Positions 62,947-64,000 of a stretch of 64,000 nucleotides of DNA are shown here, piece by piece. The notes beneath the pieces are model-generated. The model was not told the origin of the DNA and did not search any database. It worked only from the letters and a program-made list of their open reading frames with translations. Every line of letters begins with the position of its first letter. The stretch's first letter is position 1. A program made the position numbers and the translations under genes. Source of the DNA: Myxococcales bacterium (lineage in GTDB: Bacteria > Myxococcota_A > UBA9160 > SMWR01). The stretch lies in contig JAOTUO010000001.1 of assembly GCA_029863845.1 (NCBI GenBank), positions 3,664 to 67,663 on the forward strand, written 5' to 3'.

Positions 62947-64000
62947 GCAGCGCGACCACGCGCTGCGCAATGGCCGGCGCGGCGGTCAGTCCGGGAGACT
63001 CGATACCGATCAGGTTCACGAAGCCGGGCCAGCCCGCCTCGGACTCCTCCGCCACGACGAAGTCGCGAAACGCCTCGCCCGGCGCCGCCAGCTTCGGGCG
63101 CACGCCCGCGGTGTCGGGCGTGAGCCACTCGGCGCGCAGCTCCGGGAGGTAGCGCCGGACGGCCGACGCGAAGGCCGTCGCCTTGCCCGGATCGACGCGA
63201 TAGTGGATGCGATCCACGTACTCGGCGTCCGGCCCGAAGCGGATGCGACCTCCGAGATCGAGCGTCGCGTGCACGCCGAGGCCCGCACCCGAGGGCACGG
63301 GGTACACCAGGCCCGATACGCGCACCGGCGTCCCCGACACCAGCGCGAAGTAGTCGCCTTTGCAGGGGTGCAGCCGGTAGCCCCGCGCGTCCACATCGAA
63401 GCCCGCGCGCTCGGCGACCGCGTCGCTCGCGAGGCCCGCGGCGTTCACCAGCGACCCGCACTCGACCGTACTGCGCTCGTCGCCCGGTCCTCGCGTGGCA
63501 ACGCGGTAGACGCCGCCCCGCAGCTCGATGCCCACGACCTCGGTGCGTCGCACGATCACGGCCCCGTGGGCCTCGGCCTCCGCTGCGTAGGAGAGGCTGA
63601 GGGCGGCCGCGTCGACGATGCCGGTCTCGGGCGAGACCAGCCCCGCCCGCGCGCGCACGCACGGCTCGCGACGCGCGACCTCGCGCCCGTCGACCAGCGC
63701 GAGTCCCGGCACGCCGTTGGCCGTGCCGCGCTGCTGAAGGCCTTCGAGCGTCTCGAGATCCCCGGGCTCCGTGGCGACGATGAGCTTGCCGAGCTTGCGG
63801 TGCGGGATCCCGAGCGCCTCGCAGCGCGCGTAGAGCGCCTCGCGCCCGGCCACGCAGAGCGCAGCCTTGAGCGATCCCTCCGGGTAGTAGATGCCCGCGT
63901 GGATCACCTCGCTGTTGCGCGACGTGATCTCGCGCGCGAGGTCCGCGTTGCGTTCCAGCAGCAGCACGGAGCGCGCCGTGCGGGCGAGCGCCGCCGCCGC
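62930..64000 (-). CDS. FAD-dependent oxidoreductase, DAO family (L-2-hydroxyglutarate oxidase/glycerol-3-phosphate dehydrogenase-like); N-terminus beyond window end
   Basis: SRNSEVIHAGIYYPEGSLKAALC, HPCKGDYF and LIGIESPGLTAAPAIA. The reading frame continues upstream of the listed Met to the window edge (...AAAALARTARSVLLLERN), so the dinucleotide-binding N-terminus is outside the window. Confidence 0.8.
   Translation of the reverse strand, partial: AAAALARTARSVLLLERNADLAREITSRNSEVIHAGIYYPEGSLKAALCVAGREALYARCEALGIPHRKLGKLIVATEPGDLETLEGLQQRGTANGVPGLALVDGREVARREPCVRARAGLVSPETGIVDAAALSLSYAAEAEAHGAVIVRRTEVVGIELRGGVYRVATRGPGDERSTVECGSLVNAAGLASDAVAERAGFDVDARGYRLHPCKGDYFALVSGTPVRVSGLVYPVPSGAGLGVHATLDLGGRIRFGPDAEYVDRIHYRVDPGKATAFASAVRRYLPELRAEWLTPDTAGVRPKLAAPGEAFRDFVVAEESEAGWPGFVNLIGIESPGLTAAPAIAQRVVALLTGRA

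Noticed and set aside
1-64000. A search for mobile elements, prophage genes, integrases, CRISPR-cas, restriction-modification, toxin-antitoxin or other defence/accessory islands.
   Set aside because: None recognised. Apart from the short AT-rich patch at 39.65-39.72 kb and the regulatory spacers, composition looks uniform and gene content is core or housekeeping. I do not claim a novel protein-based system in this window.

Overview
This is a very GC-rich bacterial chromosomal segment; third codon positions are almost uniformly G/C. It appears to come from a diderm, given two RND pumps, a beta-barrel OMP and lipobox lipoproteins. I cannot assign a lineage from sequence alone.

Gene content: nt 10.2-28.1 kb hold a complete, tightly translationally coupled division/cell-wall (dcw) cluster: mraZ-rsmH-ftsL-ftsI-murE-murF-mraY-murD-ftsW-murG-murC-murB-ftsQ-ftsA-ftsZ, with no ddl. 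The flanks are ordinary core and accessory genes:
- a DsbA-like lipoprotein, a CysZ/EI24-like protein, tatA, and a zinc-ribbon/DUF3426 protein
- a pair of ArsA/Get3-like ATPases followed by a hypothetical gene and a PhaR-like gene
- an acyltransferase, an SDR and an HDAC-family gene
- a crotonase, yqeY, ndk, a sulfatase-like gene and a quinone oxidoreductase
- an MshEN-domain protein, an OMP, and an HxlR-type regulator followed by two acyl-CoA dehydrogenases
- RNase P RNA (type A), an F420/LLM oxidoreductase, an ArgA-like gene and an SLC13 permease
- two MFP-RND efflux operons, one with a TetR gene and one ending in uppP
- an RpoD-family sigma factor, thrH plus a cytochrome c, a PhyH dioxygenase, an acyl-CoA desaturase, a HupE/UreJ-like gene, a parvulin-like PPIase, a PP2C phosphatase and a DAO-family oxidoreductase

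Not found: I saw no CRISPR array, transposase, integrase, phage gene, toxin-antitoxin pair or recognisable defence gene. I cannot honestly point to a novel protein-based system here.

ORF handling: the six-frame track is dominated by GC-driven shadow ORFs and N-terminally over-extended ORFs. I trimmed starts using conserved N-termini, RBS-like purine runs and the pervasive ATGA/GTGA/TTGA stop-start overlaps.

Most unusual signal: it is non-coding. A dispersed intergenic repeat family occurs at 5 loci in 64 kb, built around a conserved 26-nt box.
- Three copies carry a ~120-nt conserved core closed by long inverted arms. The arm sequence differs between copies, but the two arms of each copy stay complementary.
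- Two tandem-array derivatives bracket tatA and supply the stop codons of three genes.

Secondary observations:
- a textbook 3x GTGGG MraZ operator
- an unusually long structured mraZ-rsmH spacer
- an AT-rich palindromic island next to rnpB
- a 97-nt convergent gene overlap
- a ~570-bp non-coding leader region upstream of the sigma factor
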